A DNA stretch of 64,000 nucleotides from Camelus dromedarius (lineage: Eukaryota). Position numbers and translations under genes: made by a program. The stretch is from the NCBI RefSeq assembly GCF_036321535.1, contig NC_087436.1, forward strand, positions 72,418,001 through 72,482,000. The letters run 5' to 3'. Of the stretch, positions 1 to 10,227 are shown in pieces. The notes beneath the pieces are model-generated. The model did not search any database. It had not been told where the DNA came from and saw only the letters and a program-made list of their open reading frames with translations. The number at the start of each line of letters is the position of its first letter. Position 1 is the stretch's first letter.

Positions 1-638
1 ATGATTAAAAGGACTATAAGTTGTCTTATGTAGATCAAAACATAGGTATATTAACTAGGAAAATATCTGAGCAAAATTTCCTTCCTTCACTTACCCCCTT
101 TGGAGGAAATCCTTGAACTCCAACACAGTGTTGCTAAAGGTTCAACTTCTAGCAGAGTTGACAAATCACTAAGTAGAAATGGGATAATGAGAGCAGAGCC
201 TGAGACAAGGATTGAAGAGCATTGGGGAGGTGCAGGGAAGACCAGCAGAGAAGCATACAGAAACAATATCGAGACGGGAACACCACCAGAGAAGAGGGCA
301 CCGTTAAGCCAGCTGCCACACTGGGACATCAGCTGAGCTCCTGCAGCACCTTCTACTGGAGGATGCTCTGAGTGGTGCACGTCCACGGCCATCAGAGACC
401 GCAGCCCCAGATTCAGGAACCCAACAAACCACATGTAGGGTGAACAGAAATAATTCCACACCTTGTCACCTTGCGGTAAAACACAGAACACAGAGAACAG
501 AGAAAATCTTATAATAAACCAGTGTAATCTTCCATGGGTCAGAGCTCCAGGGAAGAGGCATAGACAGAGCAGTTCTTCGAGTTTCTGGGTAGTATATAAC
601 AAAATGCACCCCCCTGTTAAGTCCATGTAAAACTGAAT

Positions 639-761
639 GGTGAGGGGGCAGGTATAGCTCAGTGGTAGAGCCTGTGCTTAGCACACATGAGGTCCTGGGT
701 TCAATCCCCAGTACCTCCAATACATACATACATACACCTAATTATCTCCCCCTTCCCCTCA
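639..761 (+). mobile_element. tRNA(Ala)-derived SINE, Vic-1-like (camelid)
   Basis: Pol III A box TAGCTCAGTGG 655-665, B box GGTTCAATCC 698-707, (TACA)n and CCTAATTATCTCCCC tail; perfect 10-bp TSD AAAACTGAAT at 629-638 and 762-771. Confidence 0.85.
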
Positions 762-2410
762 AAAACTGAATTTATCTGGATCTGAGTTTTGTTTAGTTTG
801 TAAAATAAATGCAATTACTACGGATGTTCAGAGTTTCTATTTAGTGAATAGTAAGCAAGTTTACAATAGAAACCAATCATCAAAATTTTGTTTTGGGTCA
901 GGCACAAAATTTGCTTTGAGATGACTTCTCTCTTTCCAGAAGACTAGAGTGGAAATAAAGGTTAGTAGATTCTCTGTTGAATTATTTGACTGTTTTACTT
1001 CCTGACTTATGCAGCCTAATTCTATACACTTAATGATTCTCATTTTAACATTTTTACCTTTAACTTTTTCTTTAAGCTCAAGTGAATGTTTTCTCTATAA
1101 CCTCCTAGACAACGCTGAGAAATATTGGGCCCATGTCACCCTCAGCATGATCTTCTCCTGTCTGTATGGTGATGTAGGGAGGTTGTACCCAATTCATAGT
1201 TTCAGTGCAAATCCTGGTGCAGACATGACCAGTCCAGAGATCAGACCTTTATTAGCCATGTGACCTTGAGCAAATTACTGAATGGCTTACAGGTTAAGTT
1301 TTCTCACACTCTCCCCATGAAACCGTGTGCTCTGGTTACATCAAATCACTTCCCAGTTCTCTGAAAACACCATTTTCTATTTGGGCTCAGGGTCTTACAT
1401 ACATTGTTGCCTCTAACTGGAACATCTTTTATCTCCTCCCCTTCCCCTAGCTCATTTGTCTGGATAATCATTACTTTTCTTCAGCTCTTAGTTTATAGAT
1501 TACTTCCTGCAGGAGGCTCTTCCTGAGCCCTTCAAGTATTAATTAGCTAATGAAGTGTCCAAAGAACAATCATTTTATTTTCACCCAGATCTGCTGGTGA
1601 AAGGAAATGAGGCAAAGAGAAATCAACTGACTTGCCCAAGGTTATAAAGCCCAATAAGGGCAGAGGCAAAGCAAGACGCCAGGAGTGTTATCTCCCTTTT
1701 CTTTCATTGCTTCTGCTTTAGTTAGCAAGGCCAGCTCCACCCTGGTTGCACCCAGATTCGTGGGATGCTGAGGCATACAATCTCCAGAAAGATGCCCTCT
1801 GTGCATTTCTGGGTGAGGCGCATTTCTTCCCCGATGCAGTAATACTTCAGGCCATCTGAGACATCCTGACTGCCACTCCTTGCCAATCAACCAGCATCCT
1901 TTCATTGGATCATTGGGTGATATGATCTTAATCTGGACTTACGCCTTTCTCCTGTATTTTTTCCTTGCTGCCAATGTTAACATATATCCGCTGTAATTTA
2001 GTTCTCCCCAGATTTCATCTAGAAAATCCACTGCTTCTATGTTATTTTTCTTTTGCTTTCTAAAGAATTCCTTCAGCTGTCTTAACCAGGGGCCCTAGTT
2101 TCGTCCAGACTAACTCTCTCCTTTAGCTTTGCATCCAACTGGGTTCCGGATCCTGCACCTCAATCCCCTTAACAACTCTCATGTGAAACTCCTCCTCTCC
2201 CGTCCTTGTGAAATTGCCCTAATTATGCCTTTCATCAGCTTTCGCAGGACCATTGACATAACTTCCTAATAGTCTCCCAGGCTGTTCTGTCCAATAAGTC
2301 CTACTCACTGCAGAGTGACTGAAAGAGCAGATCTCATCAGGTCACTCTTTTACTTGAGGTCCTGCAACGGCTGTCTATCACCTGAAGCCAATATCACTGG
2401 GCTAAGCTGG

Positions 2411-2827
2411 TGTATTAATTTGCTCAGGCCGCCATAACAAAGTAGTATACCACAGACTGAGTGGCGTGTCCAACAGAAATTTATTTTCTTATAGTTCAGG
2501 AGGCTAGAAGTCCAAGATCAAAGTGTTCTTAGGGTTGGTTCCTTCTGAGGCCTTTCTCCTTGGCTTGCAGATGGTTATCTTCTACACATATGTTCACATC
2601 CTCTTCACTCTGTATGTGCCTGTGTCCTAATCGCCTGTTTTTATGAGAACACCAGTCACAGTGGATTAAAGCCCATCCCAGTGACCTCATTTTATCTTAA
2701 TTACCTTTTAAAACAGCCTATCTCCAAATAAGTACTGAGGGTTAAGACTTCAACACAAGAATTCTGAGTACTGAAGGTTATGACTTCAACATAGGAATTT
2801 TAGGGGCGACAAATTCAATCCATAACA
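2411..2827 (-). mobile_element. MaLR MLT1-type solo LTR
   Basis: TG...CA ends; typical GCCATAACAAA..TACCACAGACTG..AACAGAAATTTATTTTCT..GGAGGCTAGAAGTCCAAGATCAA motifs; internal 36-bp tandem duplication at 2731-2800. Confidence 0.8.
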
Positions 2828-3866
2828 AATGGCTTACTCACCTTGTTCTTTATAAAAATTCTTATTATTTGCCCACATCACATGATATGCCATGAAACAT
2901 TCAAAATGCTGTTAGTTGGCCCAAGCACTGGCCCAATCTTCTTTCAAAATGTCACACTCTTCTAACAGAGAGAGCTCCAAAATCTTATCTACCTTCATGG
3001 TCATTCCATAACACTTCACCCAATATGCTGCTAATCTATCAGAATCTAAAACTTATCACATCAAATAGGTAAACTGGTTATACTTATTTACTGCAGAAAA
3101 AAATATATGTACATTATAAAAATTTGAATGGTAAAAAGGTTATACAGTAAAAAACCCAAATCCTTCCCTCAATTAGAATTTCCTGCCTAAGAAAGTTAGT
3201 CACCAAGCAACACTTTAATGTGACCACTAAATACTAATAAGCACTATTTTTAAAAACTTCAAAGAAATAGTTAATGTAATTATGAGCATTCTACATTATG
3301 TACAAGTATTTAATTTATACTTCATTTTCATGGTTAAGATATCAAATAGTAGTTAAAATTTGTGTTATTTGTGATCAAAATCAAGTAAAAATAATATGTA
3401 CACTAAATTCTCTGGGGCGATACACTCAGATTTTGATAGCATTCTTATTTGCAGGCTATGAGGATGTTGACAATAGTACTTTTGATTCTTCTCTTTTTCT
3501 TCTTTCATTCAAATTTACTCTTTCAAATTTTCTATAATTAACATGTATAACTTTTGTAATAAAAAATATAACCTTTATTTGAAAAAAAAATTCCAAGGTT
3601 ATTGTTTAAACAGCCCACAACATCTAGATAAAAGTCAGGATCAGGTCTACTTTTTAAATACACTAATGAAAGAAGCTTCATCTCTTCCACAAGCAACATT
3701 TTTATTTTCTTTATTATTATGGCCAAAAAAGGTTTTACCAACTTTATTATTACTAATTTCTTACAGATCTGCTCATGAAAACTTTTTATATTCTTCATTC
3801 TTTTTTGTGCCTTTACGTCCACTGCTTTTCAAGTCTTTGCCAAGCTTTGGGGTTCATGAAATACGA

Positions 3867-3880
3867 GCTCCCTCTAGTGA
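3867..3880 (-). promoter_or_regulatory. Candidate CTCF motif (reverse)
   Basis: Reverse complement TCACTAGAGGGAGC resembles the core CCACYAGRGGGMRC. Motif match only. Confidence 0.4.
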
Positions 3881-3971
3881 CCAAATTAATTGTGGCCCAT
3901 CAATGGGAGATGAATGGATAGACAGACAGATCTATGGTATCTGTGATATCTAGGTCTATCTATTTATCCAT

Positions 3972-3993
3972 TATCTATCTGTCTATCTGTCTG

Positions 3994-4041
<48 letters not shown>
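3972..4041. repeat. (TCTA)n/(TCTG)n tetranucleotide microsatellite
   Basis: Run of TATC/TGTC units seen directly. Confidence 0.95.
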
Positions 4042-4042
<1 letters not shown>

Positions 4043-4947
4043 ATCGGCTTCTTATTGTGGGATGTGGATTAATTCTAAGGCGAATCAACAAATGCTTAGG
4101 CCCCTTGTTTAATCAATTTTAATTGAGGTATAATTTGCATACAATGAAATGTTCCCATTTTAAGCGTGTAATTTGGTGAGTTTTTACAAACATACAGTCC
4201 ATGTACCATACCGCAATCAAAATATAGAATATTTCCATCACCCACCAAAGTTCTTTCGTACCCTTTTGCAGTCAGCCCCAGACAAACAGTACAGAATAGA
4301 AACGGTGGAAACAGAAATCCTTGTCTTATTCTCATCTTAGACGTCTTTCACCATGAAGTGAACCCATCATTAGCTGGGGTTATTCATAGACTTCCTTTAT
4401 AAGCTTGATGAATATTCCTCTGTTGATAGTTTTCTGCAAGTTTTAAATTTTTTCCATGAATGAATGTTGAATTCTATCAAATATGTTTTCTACATCTATT
4501 GAGATCATCACTGCTTTTTCCTTCTTCAATCTGTTGCTGTGGTAAATTACACTGATTAATTTTGAATGTTGAACCAGATAAATTCCACTTGATCATGACA
4601 TATTACCCTTTTTATATATTGCTTTATTAAATTTGCTATTGATTTTAAAGATTTTTTTGTTACTATGTTGTTGAGGGATAGTGGTCTGTAGTGTCTTTTC
4701 TTGTAATGTTTTGGTATCAGGGCAATGGTGACTCTATAAAATGAGTTGGGAAGGCTCCTTTCTCTTCTACTTTTTGAGAGATTTACATAAGATTGTTATC
4801 ATTGCTTTCTTAAATATTTGAGAGAAATCATCAGTGAAGCCTACTAAGCTTGAAGAATCTTTATCAGAAGATAATTAATTAGTAATTTCATTTAAAATTT
4901 TTTCATGGAGTTATTCAATGTTTAAGTCTCTTTTTGGGTCAGTTTTT

Positions 4948-5145
4948 TAACTGAGGTGTAGTTGAGTTACAATGTTGTGTTAGTTTCTGATGTACAGCAT
5001 AGTTATTCAGTTACACATATTTATATATTTTTTCATACTTTTTCATTATAGGTTATTACAAGCTATTAAATATAGCTCCCGGTGTTATACAGTAGGGCCT
5101 TGTTGTCTATTTTATATATTGTAGTTAGTATCTGCAAATCCCAAA
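4948..5145 (-). mobile_element. 5'-truncated younger L1 3' UTR (cetartiodactyl type) nested in older L1
   Basis: GTTGAGTTACAATGTTGTGTTAGTTTCTGATGTACAGCATAG..TATACAGTAGGGCCTTGTTG; 15-bp TSD TTTGGGTCARTTTTT at 4933-4947 and 5146-5160 with one mismatch. Confidence 0.75.
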
Positions 5146-5316
5146 TTTGGGTCAATTTTTGATGATTTGTGTTTTTAAATAAATTTGTCTGTTTTATTTA
5201 GGTTGCCACATATGTTACATTAAAACTTTTTATATTATTACTTTATTAACATTTTAATACCTTTACATCTGTGGTGATATTCCATTTTCATTCCCTATAT
5301 TGATAATTTGTGTCCT

Positions 5317-6286
5317 TGTGAGGGAGTTAATTGTGCCCTATCTACAATCTAGTAAGTTAGCCCTATACAGTTTCATGAAGACTTACAAAAGATACAAGAC
5401 CCCTGGACAGAGACAAAGAAATTTGTGACAGCAAAAGTAGTAGCCAAAAATGACAAATCCAAAAAGGAAATAAAGAAAATATTTCAATTTACAATAGCAC
5501 CAAGAAGTATAAAATACTTAGAAAAAACCTAACCAAGGAGGACTTTTACACTGAAAACTGCAAAATGTTGCTGAAGGAAATTAGAGAAGATACAAATAAA
5601 TGGAAAGATACCCTGTGTTCATGGACTGGAAGACTTAATATTGCTAAGATGCCAATGCTACCCAAAGCAATCTACAGATTTAATGAAATACCCACCAAAG
5701 TCCAAATGTCAGTTTTTGCAGAAGCAGAAAAACCCGTTCTAAAATTCATATGGAATCTCAAGAGACCCTGAATAGCCAAAACAATCTCGAAAAAGAACAA
5801 AGTTGGAGGTCTTACACTCTCTGATTTGAAAACTTATTACAGAGACACAGTTATCCAAAGAGAAGGTGTTGGCATAGGTCAGACATATAGAATGATGGAA
5901 TAGAATAGAGAATTCAGAAATAAACCCTTGCATATATGATCAAATGATACTTGACCAAAAAAGTGGCTGGAGTATCAGTGTCATTGTTGCAGTTTCCCTG
6001 CCCCACGTACCACAGAGTGATGTAGAGGACCAGATGAAGCCTACCTGCGTAGTGGGTTGCCCCACAGAAGAGGAATTCCGAGTTTAAGGAGTCCATCACT
6101 TTTAGGGCAAGCAGTAAGTGAGCATCCTCCCTAGCACAGGGAGACATTACCTTATCTCTCAGAATTACTGGCTGCATGAAGACTCCTGAGAAACGGCCCA
6201 AGTAGAAAGTGGTCAGGGTCTGGAGTCTTGACACTCAGCAAGACACACAGGAATGTGAATAGTCCATAGTGCACTGCCTCCCAGCA
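5317..6286 (-). mobile_element. ERVL-class solo LTR (MER54/MER74-like, subfamily uncertain) split by an L1 insert
   Basis: TG at 5317, CA at 6285-6286, perfect 5-bp TSD GTCCT at 5312-5316 and 6287-6291. Confidence 0.7.
5447..5960 (+). mobile_element. L1 ORF2 internal fragment (decayed)
   Basis: ORF 5565-5771 translates LLKEIREDTNKWKDTLCSWTGRLNIAKMPMLPKAIYRFNEIP..KFIWN, typical of L1 ORF2 downstream of the RT domain. Confidence 0.9.
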
Positions 6287-6669
6287 GTCCTCTTTTTCCC
6301 CTAGTTAATATAATTAGTTTATCAATTATATTGATCTTTTCCAAAAACTTGCTTTTGATTTCATTGATTTCCTCTGTCATTTTTGTTTTCCATTTAATTT
6401 AGCGCTTATCTTTAGCTCAACGGTTCTTATTTTTCCCATTTGTTAAGATAGAAGCTTAGACCACTGATTTTAGACCTTTACTCTTTTCTAAAATAAGCAT
6501 GTAAGGCTATGAATTTCTCTAAAAGAAATGCTGCTTTAGCTGCATTTCTCAAATTTTGATATGTTCTCTTTTCCTTCAGTTCAAAATTATTTTCTGATTT
6601 TCCTTTTCATGTCTTTGTCCCGTGAATTATTAGAAGTTTGTCATTTTTTTCAGCTACAGAATCAAGTAC

Positions 6670-6885
6670 CTTTCTTTGAGCCTTAGATGTACCACTTACT
6701 AGACTGGTAGCTTTAGGCAAGTTCTTTAATTTCTTTGAAGTTCAAATTTATCATATGTAAAATGGGAACAATAAAAGACTCTACCTCCCAGAGCTATCGT
6801 GAAGATTAAATGAGGCAATCTATGTTAAGGACACAGAAGAGGACCTGGCACAGAGTAAGCCTACAGAAACTGCTAGGTATTACTA
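6670..6885 (+). mobile_element. MIR SINE
   Basis: Core TTAGGCAAGTT..TCATATGTAAAATGGGAACAATAA..GAAGATTAAATGAG..CCTGGCACAGAGTAAGC. Confidence 0.8.
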
Positions 6886-7065
6886 GTGATTTTTTTTTTT
6901 ACTTTTTATTTAATGAAACTTAATTCACAAATAATCCTGCATTTTTAACATGTAAATTACTTTTTATTTTCTCAATTATACATTTTTCATTTTGTGCACC
7001 CTTTTTCTGTATTTTGCATTATCCCTTCAGATTGGACTACAAGAAAAAACATTTTTAAAACAGTA

Positions 7066-7355
7066 TGTAATTCAAGGGCATGAAACTACTTGTGTTTCCT
7101 TCATATAATCACTAATTAGGTAATATGTCTAATAGACCCCTGCTTTCCCCTAAAGGAAAGTAACCAAACCGCTTATTTGTCTAGTATAGCTTCCTAGTTC
7201 CTGCTCCCTTCTGCCTGTAAGTCTTTCATTTGATGAAAGACAGGCCCCTTGGAACTCCTTTCTATCTCGTAAATTGGATGCTGCCCGATTCAAATTGGTT
7301 TTTGTTCAAATAAACTCTTAAAATTTAAAAATAAGCCTCAGTTTGTCTTTTAGCA
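7066..7355 (+). mobile_element. ERV1 LTR fragment (MER34/MER39-like 3' part)
   Basis: TGGATGCTGCCCGATTCA..AATAAA (7309-7314) CTCTTAAAATTT..CCTCAGTTTGTCTTTTAGCA terminus; no TSD recognised. Confidence 0.6.
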
Positions 7356-7789
7356 TATCCCAGCATAATGAACGGACAGGCTGATTTTTACTTTTTCAAA
7401 GGGAGCTGATGTTTTGTTTTCTCACTACAAATTCACTGCATGAGGCAGGTTCCTACGCTGCCTCTAGACTCTAGAAAGTGACAGACATTGGCCAATCTTT
7501 TCTCACCAAAGTGGAGGTGAAAAGGCAGAGCTATAGAAATCCTTAGATCCAGGCCTTGCTCAGCCAGGTCCTCCTCTTACTCCTACACACTCACACTTGT
7601 GTTTCTTTCTCCGGCTCTCAAGGTATCCCGAAGTCTCACAAGGGAGTGAGAAACACTTTTCCTGCTTTAAATCAAATTCCAGGAACCCTCGGAGGCTGCT
7701 GGGTGGAGCGCTGGTTTGGGAGAAAAGGGGGATGCTGCTTGAACTAATTAGTTTAGCCGCCTTCCCTGTGTCCTCGCTACTGGAACATT

Positions 7790-8510
7790 AGCGTGCCCAG
7801 TGGGTGAGAAGCCTAGTCGCCGCCGGGCCACACCGCAAGCCGCCAGTTCCCTGACGCACCTGCCAGTACTCTGCCCCGCCCGCGGCTTGCGTCCCGCCGC
7901 GCACCCTGACACTCCCGGAGCTCCTTCGGGCCCGCCCCCGGCCCTGAGCTCTGCTCCTGACCCCGCCCCTGCGTGGAGCCCCCGGGCACCCGGCTGCTGC
8001 TGGGACGCGTACCGGGTGGGGGCGGAGCCTGGCTGCCGCTGCGGGACCGGAGCGGCGGGAGGTGGCGCCTCGGTCCAGAAGCCGGGGACTCGCGGCCATG
8101 ACAGTGTCGGCCCGCGGCTTTTGGCTGCTCCGCGGCCGCCTAGGCCAAGTGCCGGCGCTGGGTGGGAGCGCGGTGCCCCCCTTGGCCGCGCCGGCGCCGG
8201 GAGCGGCCGGACGCGCGTTCCGGGGCTTTCGGAGCAGCTGTGTGAGGTACGAGCGCTCCCGGACGCTCGACCTCCTCGGGTTTCTGGGCACCCGGGTGCG
8301 AAGCCGCCGGCGGTGGGAGGGGCGGCGGGGCGCCGGCAGCTGGCGCGGGCGAGGCCCTCGCGCGCGAGGCCGGGGCTCCACGGCAGTCGCTCGGCGCGGC
8401 GGGGCTGGGGGCGAGGCCTGCCTGGGCTCCGAACTTGGCCTGGCGGCCCGGCGGGGAGGTGCTTCGGCCTCCAGTCGGGCGCCTTGGACGTGCTCTGCGT
8501 TCACCAGAAT
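7790..8510 (+). promoter_or_regulatory. MTHFD2L: CpG island / TATA-less promoter of MTHFD2L
   Basis: Very GC- and CpG-dense block around exon 1; GC boxes at 7876-7881, 7932-7937, 7963-7968, 8020-8025; CRE-like TGACGCA at 7852-7858. Confidence 0.9.
8098..8246 (+). CDS. MTHFD2L: MTHFD2L coding exon 1 (mitochondrial targeting peptide)
   Basis: GCCATG start; MTVSARGFWLLRGRLGQVPALGGSAVPPLAAPAPGAAGRAFRGFRSSCVR is Arg-rich with no acidic residues and matches the MTHFD2L N-terminus; donor AG|GTACGA, phase 2. Confidence 0.95.
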
Positions 8511-9706
8511 GTTCCATCTTTGCAGCAGGTGCAGTGGAGTGATCCAGGAAGACTTTTGAGGCCCCAAGGAAAGGTGCCATAAAAACACGTGGTCTCTTGT
8601 TTCAAACACTTTGTTTTGGTTATTGGCATGTTTCGTAGACAAAGGAGCGGGGATGTCCAGCTGGCTTAGTAGTCTTTGAGTTTCTGAATTTCTTGGTTGG
8701 TAGTTATACTGATATCTTTTCCAGCTCTAAAATCCTTAATGATTTCACACAACAGACATTAATCTTGCCTTATTCTTTTTCTGTATGGCGCTTCCTGAAT
8801 CTCTTAAATCGTAGATTGAAGTTATCAGTTTTACATTCACTGCATCTCTTCGGACCTTGTTTCTGCCTGGCATGTTGCAAATACAGAACAGTTCGGTTTT
8901 TAACTCTTCTGCACAGTGGTACCCAGGAGCACTTCATCCTTCCGTCATATACTTGTAGTTACAAACTAAAATCTAAGAAGCTAAAAATACATTCCCTTGA
9001 CGCAGAGCTAGTGAGTCCAGAAGAGATTCTGTTTTCTGACTTTCGGGGCTTCCAGAAATGTGCTTTCACTGCAGTTTTATATTTTACTTCACAGAGATTA
9101 TGTCTTACTCATCTTTTTGTATCCCCAGTGCTCAGCATTGTACCTGGAAGAAAGTAATGATCAGTAATGTGGAAAGACAGAGCTACTGCTTATTTAACTT
9201 AAATTAACTCCCCCATTGTGTATATTTTGGACCTTAGGCTTGAGTGACTGATATTAAAAACAGTATTTCCTGTGGGGTTTACTTTGGACATAGTTTATAG
9301 TGACTACTACTTGTCTTTCTCAAGTATATGTGAGAAAATAACAGAGATTTCAGAGTTCTGGTTGTGGAAGCTCTCAGTGTCTGAAAAAATTGTCCAGTTG
9401 GTCTGGAACTATCAATTCTACTACCTAGGAAAAGATTCTGTAGAATTCTATTTGTTCTACAGAAATGAAGGAATTATGTACTATAGTCACTCTTATTTCG
9501 ATAATTATTTTTTGAATTTCAGTTATTTTTGGGCTTCTTTCCAGAGTGCAGATAACCTTTTTCAAATTGTATAGCTGGTTAACTTCCCTTTGTCAGCTGA
9601 TGTAAATAAACGACCCCAACACCCTATCTTCTCCATGTACATTGAATGGGAGCCACAATAGTTACAACCCCAACATTTCATTGTAGCCACTTGCTCCACA
9701 CATATC

Positions 9707-9709
<3 letters not shown>

Positions 9710-9740
<31 letters not shown>
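9710..9740. repeat. (CA)n microsatellite
   Basis: About 15 perfect CA units. Confidence 0.95.
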
Positions 9741-9744
<4 letters not shown>

Positions 9745-10107
9745 ATTCAGATTTTTAAAAATTAAATTAATGGCCTCTTTATAATTTAAAATAGTTGAGT
9801 GCAGTAGTTTTTGAAAGCTATTTTTAATATAAAGAAGTATTACTTTCAACCCAGCTGGTTTCAGCCCTATTTAATACAAATTATAACTGTATAAAATAAT
9901 AATACTTTTGATAGTTTTTACTTTTTCAAGGCAGCACCAGTTAAGTTAGTATTAGGTGGTGTTTTTGATGTCCTCTTGGTGTTGAATACCATATATGAAG
10001 GTGAGGTTGGCTGTAAGGTTGAGAAACACCTGTGGACTGGTGGGTCTCGGGTGGGGAGGAATTCGGACAGTGTGTTGATGCTTATTGGTGTCTCTTTTCT
10101 CTTCTAG

Positions 10108-10227
10108 GACCAGCAGAGAGAAGAGATTCCTTCCAGAGGTCACCACTGTCTGCCTCCCCACTTGTCCCCATCCTCAGTCATCTTTTTTCTGATACGTAGT
10201 GACACGTTAGTTGTCTAGTTCTTCATA
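10108..10227 (+). other. MTHFD2L: Candidate alternative cassette exon with in-frame stop (MTHFD2L intron 1)
   Basis: Acceptor TCTCTTTTCTCTTCTAG|G, donor ATA|GTGAGT; after exon 1 it reads (R)TSREKRFLPEVTTVCLPTCPHPQSSFF*, stop at 10190-10192. Confidence 0.6.

Larger units (their letters stand above)
4110..6650 (-). mobile_element. Old L1M fragments (3' end plus ORF2 pieces), interrupted by younger inserts
   Basis: T-rich antisense L1 sequence, e.g. TTTTAATTGAGGTATAATTTGCATACAATGAAATG and GAATGTTGAATTCTATCAAA; boundaries approximate. Confidence 0.7.

Noticed and set aside
87..626. 179-aa minus-strand ORF
   Set aside because: No recognisable domain or exon structure; partly resembles old LTR-like sequence.
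644..718. tRNA-Ala(AGC)-like gene
   Set aside because: It has a SINE tail and a 10-bp TSD, so it is a tRNA-derived SINE rather than a tRNA gene.
5565..5771. Reverse-transcriptase-related ORF as a novel retroelement system
   Set aside because: Ordinary decayed L1 ORF2 fragment with stops on either side.
8247..8559. Open continuation of the exon 1 frame into intron 1
   Set aside because: A canonical donor at 8247 joins exon 2 in the correct phase; the extension is low-complexity GC-rich sequence.
7788..8642. Long overlapping ORFs (284 aa on -, 260 aa on +, 146 aa on -)
   Set aside because: Pro/Arg/Ala/Gly-rich frames expected from stop-codon scarcity in a CpG island; only the ATG 8098 frame matches a known protein.
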